Shown: in pieces, positions 9,097-17,436 of the stretch | Position numbering within the stretch: position 1 is the stretch's first letter | How the letters are laid out: every line of letters starts with the position of its first letter | Origin: a virus | DNA: 64,000 nucleotides | IMG/VR virus record: IMGVR_UViG_3300005842_000485 | Location: 26,566-90,565 of that record | Strand: one strand, 5' to 3' | Program-made: the position numbers and the translations under genes | Notes under the pieces: generated by a model | Seen by the model: only the letters and a program-made list of their open reading frames with translations | The model's database searches: none | What the model was told of the DNA's origin: nothing

Positions 9097-9354
9097 TTAG
9101 GATGACGACGGGATGGGCATGCCGGCTCGAGCGAGTTTCATCCGCACCGCCTCTCGGTAGCTCGTGCCTTCAGGGAGGAAGTAGAGCGTCGAGGTCGTGG
9201 CTATCGGCGGACGCGGATTCGGGGCGTCGCTTCCTGGGTAGCGCACTTCACAGGCGTCTTCCGTCACTGCGTCCCCGATCTCGACGAGATCATTGCTGCG
9301 GGTCAGGGCGTAGCGTGGCTCCGGTGTGTCGTCGGGGGTCTCACGCAGCGGCAT
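9097..9354 (-). CDS. Phage hypothetical protein
   Basis: MPLRETPDD start coupled to the upstream ORF. Confidence 0.5.
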   Translation of the reverse strand: MPLRETPDDTPEPRYALTRSNDLVEIGDAVTEDACEVRYPGSDAPNPRPPIATTSTLYFLPEGTSYREAVRMKLARAGMPIPSSS

Positions 9355-9550
9355 CTTCGTCGATGGGAAGGATGCCGCGCTCTTGGAGGGCCTTGAGGAG
9401 AAGGCCTGGGAAGATGGCTCGATGCGAGATATGGCGGCTATCGGCCTCGCGGTAGCTCTGTTCTCGGAGATTGCAGTATTCATCCAATGGGATGTACTTC
9501 AATGCGAGGTCGTAGATGTCCGCGTTCGTGAGGGTGCCTACGGTCGTCAC
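9341..9550 (-). CDS. Phage hypothetical protein
   Basis: GTG start overlapping the upstream stop (GTGA). Confidence 0.5.
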   Translation of the reverse strand: MTTVGTLTNADIYDLALKYIPLDEYCNLREQSYREADSRHISHRAIFPGLLLKALQERGILPIDEDAAA

Positions 9551-9903
9551 AGCAGCGCGTGTGAAAACGAGACCTGGTGGCCGGGGCATGACACGGGACA
9601 GGGGCCGGAGAGATCGCAGGGTGACCGGCGACCCGTGGTGCGAAACTGCGGAACGGCGCGCGAAATGGCACCCTGCCAAGACTTCGGCACATCCTCCCAC
9701 GCGACTGTCGGACAGTCATCGACGAACCACGTGTTGCTCGCCGCTGGCGAGGTGGCGATACGGGGACGTTCTGAAATCCCCGAGACTGCATTGAAGATGA
9801 CCGGGTTGCCACGGACATCTTGGAGGCCGGTATCGACAAAGTATTGCTCGTAGCCAGGCAGGGAGTTCTTCGTATACCGACGGATGGTGTAGCGGGGCGT
9901 CAT
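9547..9903 (-). CDS. Phage hypothetical protein, first gene of the left early operon
   Basis: ATG at 9903 downstream of early promoter cassette P1. Confidence 0.55.
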   Translation of the reverse strand: MTPRYTIRRYTKNSLPGYEQYFVDTGLQDVRGNPVIFNAVSGISERPRIATSPAASNTWFVDDCPTVAWEDVPKSWQGAISRAVPQFRTTGRRSPCDLSGPCPVSCPGHQVSFSHALL

Positions 9904-9994
9904 TTGTGTTGAGGGTGAGGAGGTGAAGAACAATCTAAGACTACGCCTCTCCTACTGGATGTCCAGAGTGCTTATGCACGACTTATCCACAAAA
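9904..9994 (-). promoter_or_regulatory. Early promoter cassette P1 with tandem DnaA-like boxes
   Basis: TGTGGATAA-gt-CGTGCATAA, TGGACA-N16-TAGTCT, leader TTCTTCACCTCCT. Confidence 0.65.
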
Positions 9995-10004
9995 TAGAGC
10001 GTCG

Positions 10005-10208
10005 TTAGTGGACGGTTTCTCGTCGGACGGGAAGCGCGGCGCGTGGCTTTGCCCCGCAGTTTGAGCACGGCGTATCCAGCCAGCGTTCGTAGGCCGCATC
10101 GTCTTCCTGATCGGTCATGTCAGATGTAAACCAGAGCGGGATGCTGTGACCGCAGGCGGCGCAGTAGGCAGAAGCGCACCCGCCGTGGACGGGGTCAGGT
10201 GAAGCCAT
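10005..10208 (-). CDS. Small zinc-ribbon protein
   Basis: CAACG...CSNCG. Confidence 0.5.
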   Translation of the reverse strand: MASPDPVHGGCASAYCAACGHSIPLWFTSDMTDQEDDAAYERWLDTPCSNCGAKPRAALPVRRETVH

Positions 10209-10249
10209 AGCGGTATGATAGATGGATCACCGGAAAGAAGGAGTCACGC

Positions 10250-10777
10250 ATGCCGCGTTCACGGAAGCCGGGAACGACCGCCGCCGAGATACGTCCGGGA
10301 CAAGCCAGCTATGTGCTGGATCGGCTCATCAAGGACAAGCGCATCACGCCGTACGACATCCAGCGCTACGTCGCGGACATGGGGAAGGAGATCGACGAAC
10401 TCCAACGCCGACTTGATTCCTTGCGCACGGCGCATGCTCCCCAAGGGGTGCGTCGCGAACTCCCGCCGCCACCACCACCAACGCCACGCAAGCGCCGGCG
10501 TCGTCGTGCTCCGCTGCGCGCTGGGAGCGTCGTGCCGCCAGCAAGTTTGCCGGAGCGTCCGACACCCCCGGAACCACGAAAAGAGAAACAACCGCCATCG
10601 AAGAAGCCAGCTATGGGCGTGAGCGCTGAAACACTGGCCTCCCGGCAGCTCCAAGGTCGGTATTTGGCGCTCATCCGGCAGATTCCCGCACAGAAGCGCG
10701 CGCAGTACGCGAAGACAGCGAAGGAGAAGGGTCGCGAGGCGGCGATCAAGGAGATGCGTAATGCGCGTCGGAAGTAA
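10250..10777 (+). CDS. Basic hypothetical protein, possibly nucleic-acid binding
   Basis: Strong SD AAGGAG; coiled coil, Arg/Pro linker, C-terminal SRQLQGRYLALIRQIP...GREAAIKEM. Confidence 0.75.
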   Translation: MPRSRKPGTTAAEIRPGQASYVLDRLIKDKRITPYDIQRYVADMGKEIDELQRRLDSLRTAHAPQGVRRELPPPPPPTPRKRRRRRAPLRAGSVVPPASLPERPTPPEPRKEKQPPSKKPAMGVSAETLASRQLQGRYLALIRQIPAQKRAQYAKTAKEKGREAAIKEMRNARRK

Positions 10778-11807
10778 GGGAGACGGTCGGCGCCGGAACT
10801 GGCTCTTCGCGGTGGTGGCGCTTTGCGCCGTTGTTGTGCCGGCACTGGCGCAGGATGACCCGGTGCTCGCACAGCAGATGCCGCGTCATGATGGAACGTA
10901 CCAAGCACACGAAGCGGATCACCCGATGTACGGCGGGACGATTACGTTTCGGAAGCGCGGGGAGCATGCGGTGGGGATGTTTGCGACACCGTATGGATTG
11001 ATGTGCTACCAAGGAACGCTCTCAAGGGAGACGAACCGGGGTATCGGGGAAATCCAGGTCGCGGACGTTATCCGGCTCGAACACGATGCGACGACCAACG
11101 CCGCGCGGTTTGTGCCCGTCTACGAGAGCGACCGCGACCACTTCACGCCGCTGCGCTTCGGAACTCCGGTTGAGCTGTTCCCGAACCCCTATGCGTTGCT
11201 CGCGACGCCACCTGCTCTTATCGCGAGAGATACCGGGTGGCTGAATGAGTGCTCGAAGCATTACGGGGAGCCGGAAGAACCGCCTGCCCCGTGCGGCGAC
11301 CCGTCCCTCCGTGGCACGGAGCTGAATGAAGGGTCGATGAAGTACTTCGACTCGGAGCCTGTATGCACGTGGTATCAGACGCATGCATGCACGGTCGAGA
11401 ATGTATTCGCCGTCCTCCTCGCGACGCCGGCCGCCATCGGCCCACTTAGGAAGGATGTCGGGCAGCCGCAGGTCGTCGAGGATTGCGGGATGCTGCTTCT
11501 TGAATCGATTGGGGCCGACAACCGGATCAGAACGGAGATCGACGAACGGCACCACCTCATCCGAAACTACACACTCCCCGGTCACATCTTTTATCCCGGC
11601 AGCGTCATCCGGTTCGTCGTCGACATCAACAATCGCGTGGACATCAATACCGAGGGCCTCGGGACAGAGAACCTGCTGAAGAAAAGCGTGAACGAGGCGT
11701 TCGCGCTGTTCATCTGGAAGCGGCCGAACCAAGCGCTTCGGGACGCGTTCTTTGCGAAGTACGCGCCGCAGGCGAAGCCGAAGAAGAAGCCGACGCATAA
11801 AAAATAG
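10761..11807 (+). CDS. Secreted hypothetical protein, paralog A
   Basis: Signal peptide; shares WLN.C...EEPP, CTVENVF, VEDCG, NYTLPGH.F.PG with the next gene. Confidence 0.8.
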   Translation: MRVGSKGDGRRRNWLFAVVALCAVVVPALAQDDPVLAQQMPRHDGTYQAHEADHPMYGGTITFRKRGEHAVGMFATPYGLMCYQGTLSRETNRGIGEIQVADVIRLEHDATTNAARFVPVYESDRDHFTPLRFGTPVELFPNPYALLATPPALIARDTGWLNECSKHYGEPEEPPAPCGDPSLRGTELNEGSMKYFDSEPVCTWYQTHACTVENVFAVLLATPAAIGPLRKDVGQPQVVEDCGMLLLESIGADNRIRTEIDERHHLIRNYTLPGHIFYPGSVIRFVVDINNRVDINTEGLGTENLLKKSVNEAFALFIWKRPNQALRDAFFAKYAPQAKPKKKPTHKK

Positions 11808-11823
11808 CGGATCTGAAGGATGG

Positions 11824-12915
11824 ATGATGGCAACGAAACCCGTGCTGCGCCTTGTGGCTGCGATGTTCATTGTCATGGTGACGCTTGCCGCTGATGCTGC
11901 GACGAAGAAGAAGCCGGCCAAGACGCCGCCAAAGCCCGAAGCGAAGAAAGACCTGGCGCACACCACGAAAGACGGCGCATACACCGCGAACGGTTGGTAT
12001 CGACAGTTCTTGTACCGGGGAGTGACGTTTCAGAAGCACGGAACGAACGTCGTAGGCTTCACGGCCGACAACGCCAATGTCTACTGCTTTACGGGGACGG
12101 CGGAGGGAAACATCATCCACGTCGCAGATGCCGTGTCCTGGGAAGACGAGTACGACACCCATGGCAGCCAAACAGGAAAGTATCACTTCATCCCGCTTCG
12201 CGATGATGAGAAGCCAGATCTTCGCGAGTTTCGCATGACGGACGTGCTTGAGACGTTCCCGGAATATTACGTCGGCTGGATCAAGCAGAGTCCGGAGATC
12301 ATCAAGCGCGATGAGCGGTGGCTGAACGGATGTGTGGGGTACTTCCGGGGCGAGCGTCCTGCGGAGGTGGCAGAAGAACCGCCGCCATGCGATGACGAGC
12401 AACTTCGACCGGCCATGAAATCTGCCGGTCAGTGGCCGACGTATCTCACCCTGTTTCCCCATACGGTGTGTGAGGTGAAGGGCGATCAGAACTGCACGGT
12501 TGAAAACGTGTTCCGGCTGCTAGTTGAAAACCCAGCCGCGATCGGGCCAGCGAAAGACCCCGAGACGCAGACCGTCGAAGACTGCGGTGTCCTCGTGCTC
12601 GACTCGTTTAAGAATCTCCTGAGACCGAAGGAGGAAGAGCGCGCAGAGGACGACAATCTCATCAAGGTGGACATCGACGAGGAGCACCACCGCATCACCA
12701 ACTACACGCTGCCAGGGCATGTGTTCTGGCCGGGGCAGGTCATCCGCGAGATCGTGCTCAAAGACGGCAAGGTGGGCGTGAAAACCACGGGATATGGGCA
12801 CGAGGGCATCATCACGAAGTGGGTGGTGAACTTGATGACAGCAAACCCGGCGTGGGCCCGCTGCGACGATGTGCTGATCGAGGCCTACAAGCACACGTAT
12901 GGCGACAACGAGTAA
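11824..12915 (+). CDS. Secreted hypothetical protein, paralog B
   Basis: Signal peptide; same motifs as 10761-11807. Confidence 0.8.
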   Translation: MMATKPVLRLVAAMFIVMVTLAADAATKKKPAKTPPKPEAKKDLAHTTKDGAYTANGWYRQFLYRGVTFQKHGTNVVGFTADNANVYCFTGTAEGNIIHVADAVSWEDEYDTHGSQTGKYHFIPLRDDEKPDLREFRMTDVLETFPEYYVGWIKQSPEIIKRDERWLNGCVGYFRGERPAEVAEEPPPCDDEQLRPAMKSAGQWPTYLTLFPHTVCEVKGDQNCTVENVFRLLVENPAAIGPAKDPETQTVEDCGVLVLDSFKNLLRPKEEERAEDDNLIKVDIDEEHHRITNYTLPGHVFWPGQVIREIVLKDGKVGVKTTGYGHEGIITKWVVNLMTANPAWARCDDVLIEAYKHTYGDNE

Positions 12916-12956
12916 CGACGACCAACTCGACTACACGCGTGTCTTGATACGACAGA

Positions 12957-14063
12957 CTACGGGTCGAAGAACTCAAGCGCCGTGCCCTCGGCGTTCACAC
13001 GGATTTGTTGCAGCGGTGAGCCGAGACCACTGAGGCCAGTACCCCCGAAGTAAACGCTCAAGGGGGATGCGAAGACGAGCGCGGAAGCATCGACGGCCGG
13101 CAGCTGCGGGTTGAGTCCGTAGATTTGCCCACCGAGCGTCCCCCCGCCGTCCATGGTCATATTGGTGGACGACTCCGTGAAGACGATGGAGTTCCCTGCG
13201 GAGCCAGCGGCGACTGCTTGCACGGCGACATTGCCATCAGCCTGATCGAAGGCGGCAACGGTCACCAGATCGGCGTTGATCGCAGCGGCAATGTTCCCTC
13301 CGGCCTCCGCAGCGCTGGAGCCGATGGTGACTTCGCCGGTTCCTGTACGCGTGGCCTTCCACGTGAACGTCTGCGTGTCTACTACGAATGTCTCATCCGC
13401 TTCCGCCAATCCAGACATCGTGATGAGTCCCATCGCCTGCGCGGACGGCGAAAGCTGGACAATCTGATCGCCAGCAGTCCCAACATCAAGAAGCGCAGCC
13501 GTTCCGAGTCCTGTGATCTGCGCGGCGTTGATGGCAGTTACATTTGCCGCATCCACGTCAGGAAGCGCAGGGTCACGACCACCGTACAGGGTGCCTGATC
13601 CGCCCATCGAAGCGTTGGTGACCGACTCGGTGAAGACGATGCTGTTACCTGCGGCACCGGCTGTGACAGCCGTGATATTGACTACTTGGCCGATGTCGTT
13701 CACGACGGCAACGACGCTTGCAAGATCAGTGTTGATGGCATCAGCGATATTCGCCCTCGTCTCTGCGGCATCAGGCCCAATGGTGACCTCTCCTACCCCT
13801 GACCGAAGTTCCTTGAAGATGAAGGTTTGCGTATCGACAACAAACGTCTCATCGACAAGCGGAAGGCCATTGACACCGAAGGCACCTGCCGCCGCGATTG
13901 CCTCGGTGAGCTGTACGAGATCTCCAGAGCCATTGAAGGTATTGCCTTGAACCGTGACGTTTGCGGAGAGCCGAGCATCGCCCAGTGTCCCGGATGTCAG
14001 GTCAGAGGCGTCGGTCGAGCCACCACCTCCGCTCGATGGGGCCTGGGAGAGATTGATAGCCAT
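12957..14063 (-). CDS. Virion fibre/decoration protein with internally duplicated domain
   Basis: Two copies of DETFVVDTQTF..K..R.G.GEVTIG...AGNSIVFTES; C-terminus QQIRVNA.GTALEFF.P. Confidence 0.7.
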   Translation of the reverse strand: MAINLSQAPSSGGGGSTDASDLTSGTLGDARLSANVTVQGNTFNGSGDLVQLTEAIAAAGAFGVNGLPLVDETFVVDTQTFIFKELRSGVGEVTIGPDAAETRANIADAINTDLASVVAVVNDIGQVVNITAVTAGAAGNSIVFTESVTNASMGGSGTLYGGRDPALPDVDAANVTAINAAQITGLGTAALLDVGTAGDQIVQLSPSAQAMGLITMSGLAEADETFVVDTQTFTWKATRTGTGEVTIGSSAAEAGGNIAAAINADLVTVAAFDQADGNVAVQAVAAGSAGNSIVFTESSTNMTMDGGGTLGGQIYGLNPQLPAVDASALVFASPLSVYFGGTGLSGLGSPLQQIRVNAEGTALEFFDP

Positions 14064-14089
14064 GGCAGGGCAGGTGGGGAATCAGATGA

Positions 14090-14119
14090 AGCGTAGGGGC
14101 GGGCTATGGAAGCGGTCAA
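14090..14119 (-). promoter_or_regulatory. Late-type promoter
   Basis: TTGACC-N18-TACGCT; one of 5 similar copies. Confidence 0.65.
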
Positions 14120-14133
14120 CGCGTGCAGTTGTG

Positions 14134-16260
14134 CTATTGCGTTTCAACGGCATCGACGCGCACTGTCCAGTTAATCGTCTTTCCCGTAGAGCCAGTGACT
14201 TCTACCTTGAGGGCATCGTTCGTATCGTTCGCCGTGACGGTGACATCCCAGTTAAGCGAGTCGCCGCCGTCATCTGCGATACTGGTTTTCAGGACGGTTC
14301 CGATGAGCGAGGTTGTCCCACCGACATTCTTTAACCCACCCTCAATGCGCCAGACGCGCCCGATGTTATCGGTTGTGGAATAAGCAACGACATTCATACG
14401 GAATCCAATGGCCTTCCCGGATGCAAGCGTAAGTCTATTGGAGGCGACATTCCCCAAGAACACTTCAGTAACCGTCGCATTCGTTGTCTGCTTCGAGTAG
14501 GGGTAATCCGAGTACCTAGCATTTGTTAGTCCGCTTGAGGCGGATGCCGCCTCTTCGAAGGCGCGAGCTACGGTGAGGTTGAACCCTTTTGCAATGCCAC
14601 CGACTGCGGAAACGACCGCGCTCCGGCCGATGGCGATGCCTTGTGCCGCGGTAACGCTGGTTGATCCCCCAAGTGCCGTTGCATCATTCGCGCTCACCGC
14701 AGCAGCAGAGCCAATCGCCGTGCTGTCTGTTCCGCTTGAGACATTCGCACCGGCACCAAACGCTGAACCACCAGTGCCAGCGACAGTAGCTAGTGCTCCA
14801 ACAGCGGTAGACGAGTCAGCGGATGTGCTTGTTCGATCCCCGATGGCGACTGCTTGGACGTAGGCAACGCTACTCTTACGCCCGAGAGTTGTCCCAATGT
14901 CGCTAGTCCCTTCCCCTGCGCCGAGCGAATAGCCAACCCAGTTCGTGCCGTCGAATATATACGTCTTCTTTCCTCCGCGCCCTATGAAGTCGATTGTCGT
15001 TCCACCACTTTGAATGGTGAGGTCACGCACCGCGTTCGTTGCCGAGGAATTGCGGATTGTGAACTTACTGCCCGTAGCAGGCGGCCCAGTCGTCACCATG
15101 TTTACGGTGCGCGATGCACCGCTTGGGAGGAGGACTTGGTAGGTCGAGTCCGTGCCAACAGTAAGGGTGCGCGTCCCAGTGATCGTCTCGATGTTCACTG
15201 TCTCCGTTCCCCCTGCGGCAGCAGCCCACTTCACGCCGTTGGTTGAGGCTGCGTCGGCGGTGAGGACTTGGCCATCCGAGCCCACGCCGAGCTTATTGAG
15301 CGATGCGCCTCCAGGGGAGGTTAAGAGATCGCCCTTCGTGTAGGTCGTTTGGCCCGTTCCGCCATTTGCCGCAGCGACGGTGCCGGTGACGTTCGATGCT
15401 GTGCCGGTGGTGTCGGCCGCGTTGTTCGGGATGTCCGCAGAGACGAGCGCGCGGAAGGTCGGCGCCGCAGCGCCACCCGAGGTTGGGCCAGCAAAGACGC
15501 CGTTGGCGCTCTGGTTCGCTTTGGAGACAGCGAGCGTGCCGGACGTGGTGACGGGAGAACCGCTGACGCTGAACTCCGATGGAACGGTGAGGGCAACGGA
15601 GGTGACGGTGCCAACTCCTCCTCCTCCCCCACTGAAATTGGCCGCGAATAGGTTGCCGTCTTTGTCGAATCCACCAGCACCACCCGCGACAGAGAGCAAA
15701 TCAGCGGTGCTCGCGCCGTTCGCATCAATCTGAACTGTTGGTGCAGCGTTCGACGCATCCGAAGACTTAAACCAAGCGGAGTTTCCCCCGGCGCTTTGGG
15801 CCCCCACGCCGTTACCGGTCGTCGATGCGGTGAAGAAGCCGCCATAGCCGTCCTTGCCGGAGCCACGGATGCCGACACCACCAGTCCCGCCGAACGGCGA
15901 GATGTTCGCCGAGCCTTCGATGGCTGCTGTGCCCCCAGAGCCGGCCGTGGCAGCGGAGATTCTCGTTCCAGTATCGACGACGCCGATGTTGAGAAGGACT
16001 TGGGACGTGGAGTCTTTGACTTGCGCAATCGGGTTTGTTTGGCCGGCTTGCCCCTTGAGTGTGATCGCTGCGAAGTCCCCCGTGGGCGTAACGGTGTTCC
16101 GCGCCGCACTTGCCGGCGCAAGAATGACGGCTGAGGACACGTCAACCGGTGCGTCATCCCACGCTGCGGAGGTGCCGTCGATGGCGACAGGGACTTGGCC
16201 TGCGGTAGGGGTTCCGGTGATCTCCACGCCATTTACGCGGCGAACGTTGGACTTCGGCAT
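14134..16260 (-). CDS. Tail fibre with YadA-like (Hep/Hag) head repeats
   Basis: Gly/Thr-rich; GGTGQTTYTKGDLL...GQVLT motif; repeated (S/A)TA(I/V)G...A units. Confidence 0.8.
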   Translation of the reverse strand: MPKSNVRRVNGVEITGTPTAGQVPVAIDGTSAAWDDAPVDVSSAVILAPASAARNTVTPTGDFAAITLKGQAGQTNPIAQVKDSTSQVLLNIGVVDTGTRISAATAGSGGTAAIEGSANISPFGGTGGVGIRGSGKDGYGGFFTASTTGNGVGAQSAGGNSAWFKSSDASNAAPTVQIDANGASTADLLSVAGGAGGFDKDGNLFAANFSGGGGGVGTVTSVALTVPSEFSVSGSPVTTSGTLAVSKANQSANGVFAGPTSGGAAAPTFRALVSADIPNNAADTTGTASNVTGTVAAANGGTGQTTYTKGDLLTSPGGASLNKLGVGSDGQVLTADAASTNGVKWAAAAGGTETVNIETITGTRTLTVGTDSTYQVLLPSGASRTVNMVTTGPPATGSKFTIRNSSATNAVRDLTIQSGGTTIDFIGRGGKKTYIFDGTNWVGYSLGAGEGTSDIGTTLGRKSSVAYVQAVAIGDRTSTSADSSTAVGALATVAGTGGSAFGAGANVSSGTDSTAIGSAAAVSANDATALGGSTSVTAAQGIAIGRSAVVSAVGGIAKGFNLTVARAFEEAASASSGLTNARYSDYPYSKQTTNATVTEVFLGNVASNRLTLASGKAIGFRMNVVAYSTTDNIGRVWRIEGGLKNVGGTTSLIGTVLKTSIADDGGDSLNWDVTVTANDTNDALKVEVTGSTGKTINWTVRVDAVETQ

Positions 16261-17436
16261 TTACTCGATGGGGACAGTGGGGAGCGCGCCATCGGTGACG
16301 ACACGCATGTAATCGGCGATCTGCTCCAGCGTCATCCCAAGCCGGAAGCTCCGTCGAACTGGGCCGATGCCGAGCGTGAGATGGACGCCATCGGGCTTGT
16401 ACTCGACGCGGGTGATCGAGAACGTGGTGCCGGAGAGTGAAGGGATGTTCCGCAGTTCGCAGGTGTCGCCAGGCTGGATCGTCTCGATGTCGTAGCCACG
16501 GGCGTCCGTGCTCGCATCGAGGATGTCCACCTCATAGGTCTGGATCGGGGTGTTGTGCTCTTGGATGTAGCGCTCGGCGATGGAGACAGCGGTGGCCGAG
16601 TCGTCGATATGCGAGTCCGTGACAATCTGCGTCCGGCGTCCGTACGTCGATTGCGAGGTGGTCGTGGACAACGGCCGCTCCAACGCGATCACCAAACCAT
16701 CGGCGTCACTCTTGTTCCAGAAGTAGACCGTGTTCTTGAGATCCACGATGCTCTCGGTTTCGTGGAGCGAGACGAGATCGCGGCCGAGCGTGAAGAGATG
16801 TTTCGTGCCGGAGTCAAAGTTGCGGTACGAGAAGACCCCCGCCGCATCGACGTACCAATACCAGTCGCCGGGGCCGAGACCTTTGATGCGTCGGATAGCA
16901 TCCAAGTACGTCTCGGAGCCTACCTGGATGGAGATGGTCTTGCCGGTGGTGAGGACGGACGATGCGGTGTAGTGGACGTTCCCGAACGCGCCCGCCGAGA
17001 GCTTTGCACGGTCGAGGATGTATTTGAGGATCGTGGCGATCTCGGTCGAGCTCCACGTCTTCGCAATGTCGGCACCGAAGGCGTTGCTATCGCGGAAATA
17101 GTCATCGGAAAGCTGCTTCACGTATGGCGAGACAGTGACTATCACCTGGTCGCCTGCAGCCGTGATGGAGCGGTCGATGGTCTCGATGACGCCGGCGTGA
17201 ATGAGCACTGTCCCGGTGTCGCGGACGCAGTACGTCTCGACGGTGTTGCCGTTCGCGAGATCGCTCCCTGCGTAGTCGAAGGGGACGTTGAGCGAGATCG
17301 AGAGCGGACCAAGGCCGGAGTCCACCTCCTTGGAGAAGGCCGGGTCGCTCGCCACCGAGACGAGCGCACCCGAATCTCCTCCCCATGTGCCGAGGAGCGT
17401 CCCGCCCGACCGGACACGGTAGAGATAGCGCTTCAC
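16261..17436 (-). CDS. Baseplate hub / Tal-like tail protein
   Basis: Position after the Dit-like gene; WYWYVD, SQSTYGRR, IQPGDT motifs. Confidence 0.7.
   Translation of the reverse strand: MKRYLYRVRSGGTLLGTWGGDSGALVSVASDPAFSKEVDSGLGPLSISLNVPFDYAGSDLANGNTVETYCVRDTGTVLIHAGVIETIDRSITAAGDQVIVTVSPYVKQLSDDYFRDSNAFGADIAKTWSSTEIATILKYILDRAKLSAGAFGNVHYTASSVLTTGKTISIQVGSETYLDAIRRIKGLGPGDWYWYVDAAGVFSYRNFDSGTKHLFTLGRDLVSLHETESIVDLKNTVYFWNKSDADGLVIALERPLSTTTSQSTYGRRTQIVTDSHIDDSATAVSIAERYIQEHNTPIQTYEVDILDASTDARGYDIETIQPGDTCELRNIPSLSGTTFSITRVEYKPDGVHLTLGIGPVRRSFRLGMTLEQIADYMRVVTDGALPTVPIE

Noticed and set aside
9923-9997. Short + strand ORF beginning inside AGGAGGTG
   Set aside because: 24 codons across the promoter and DnaA boxes; no equivalent ORF noticed at the other motif copies.
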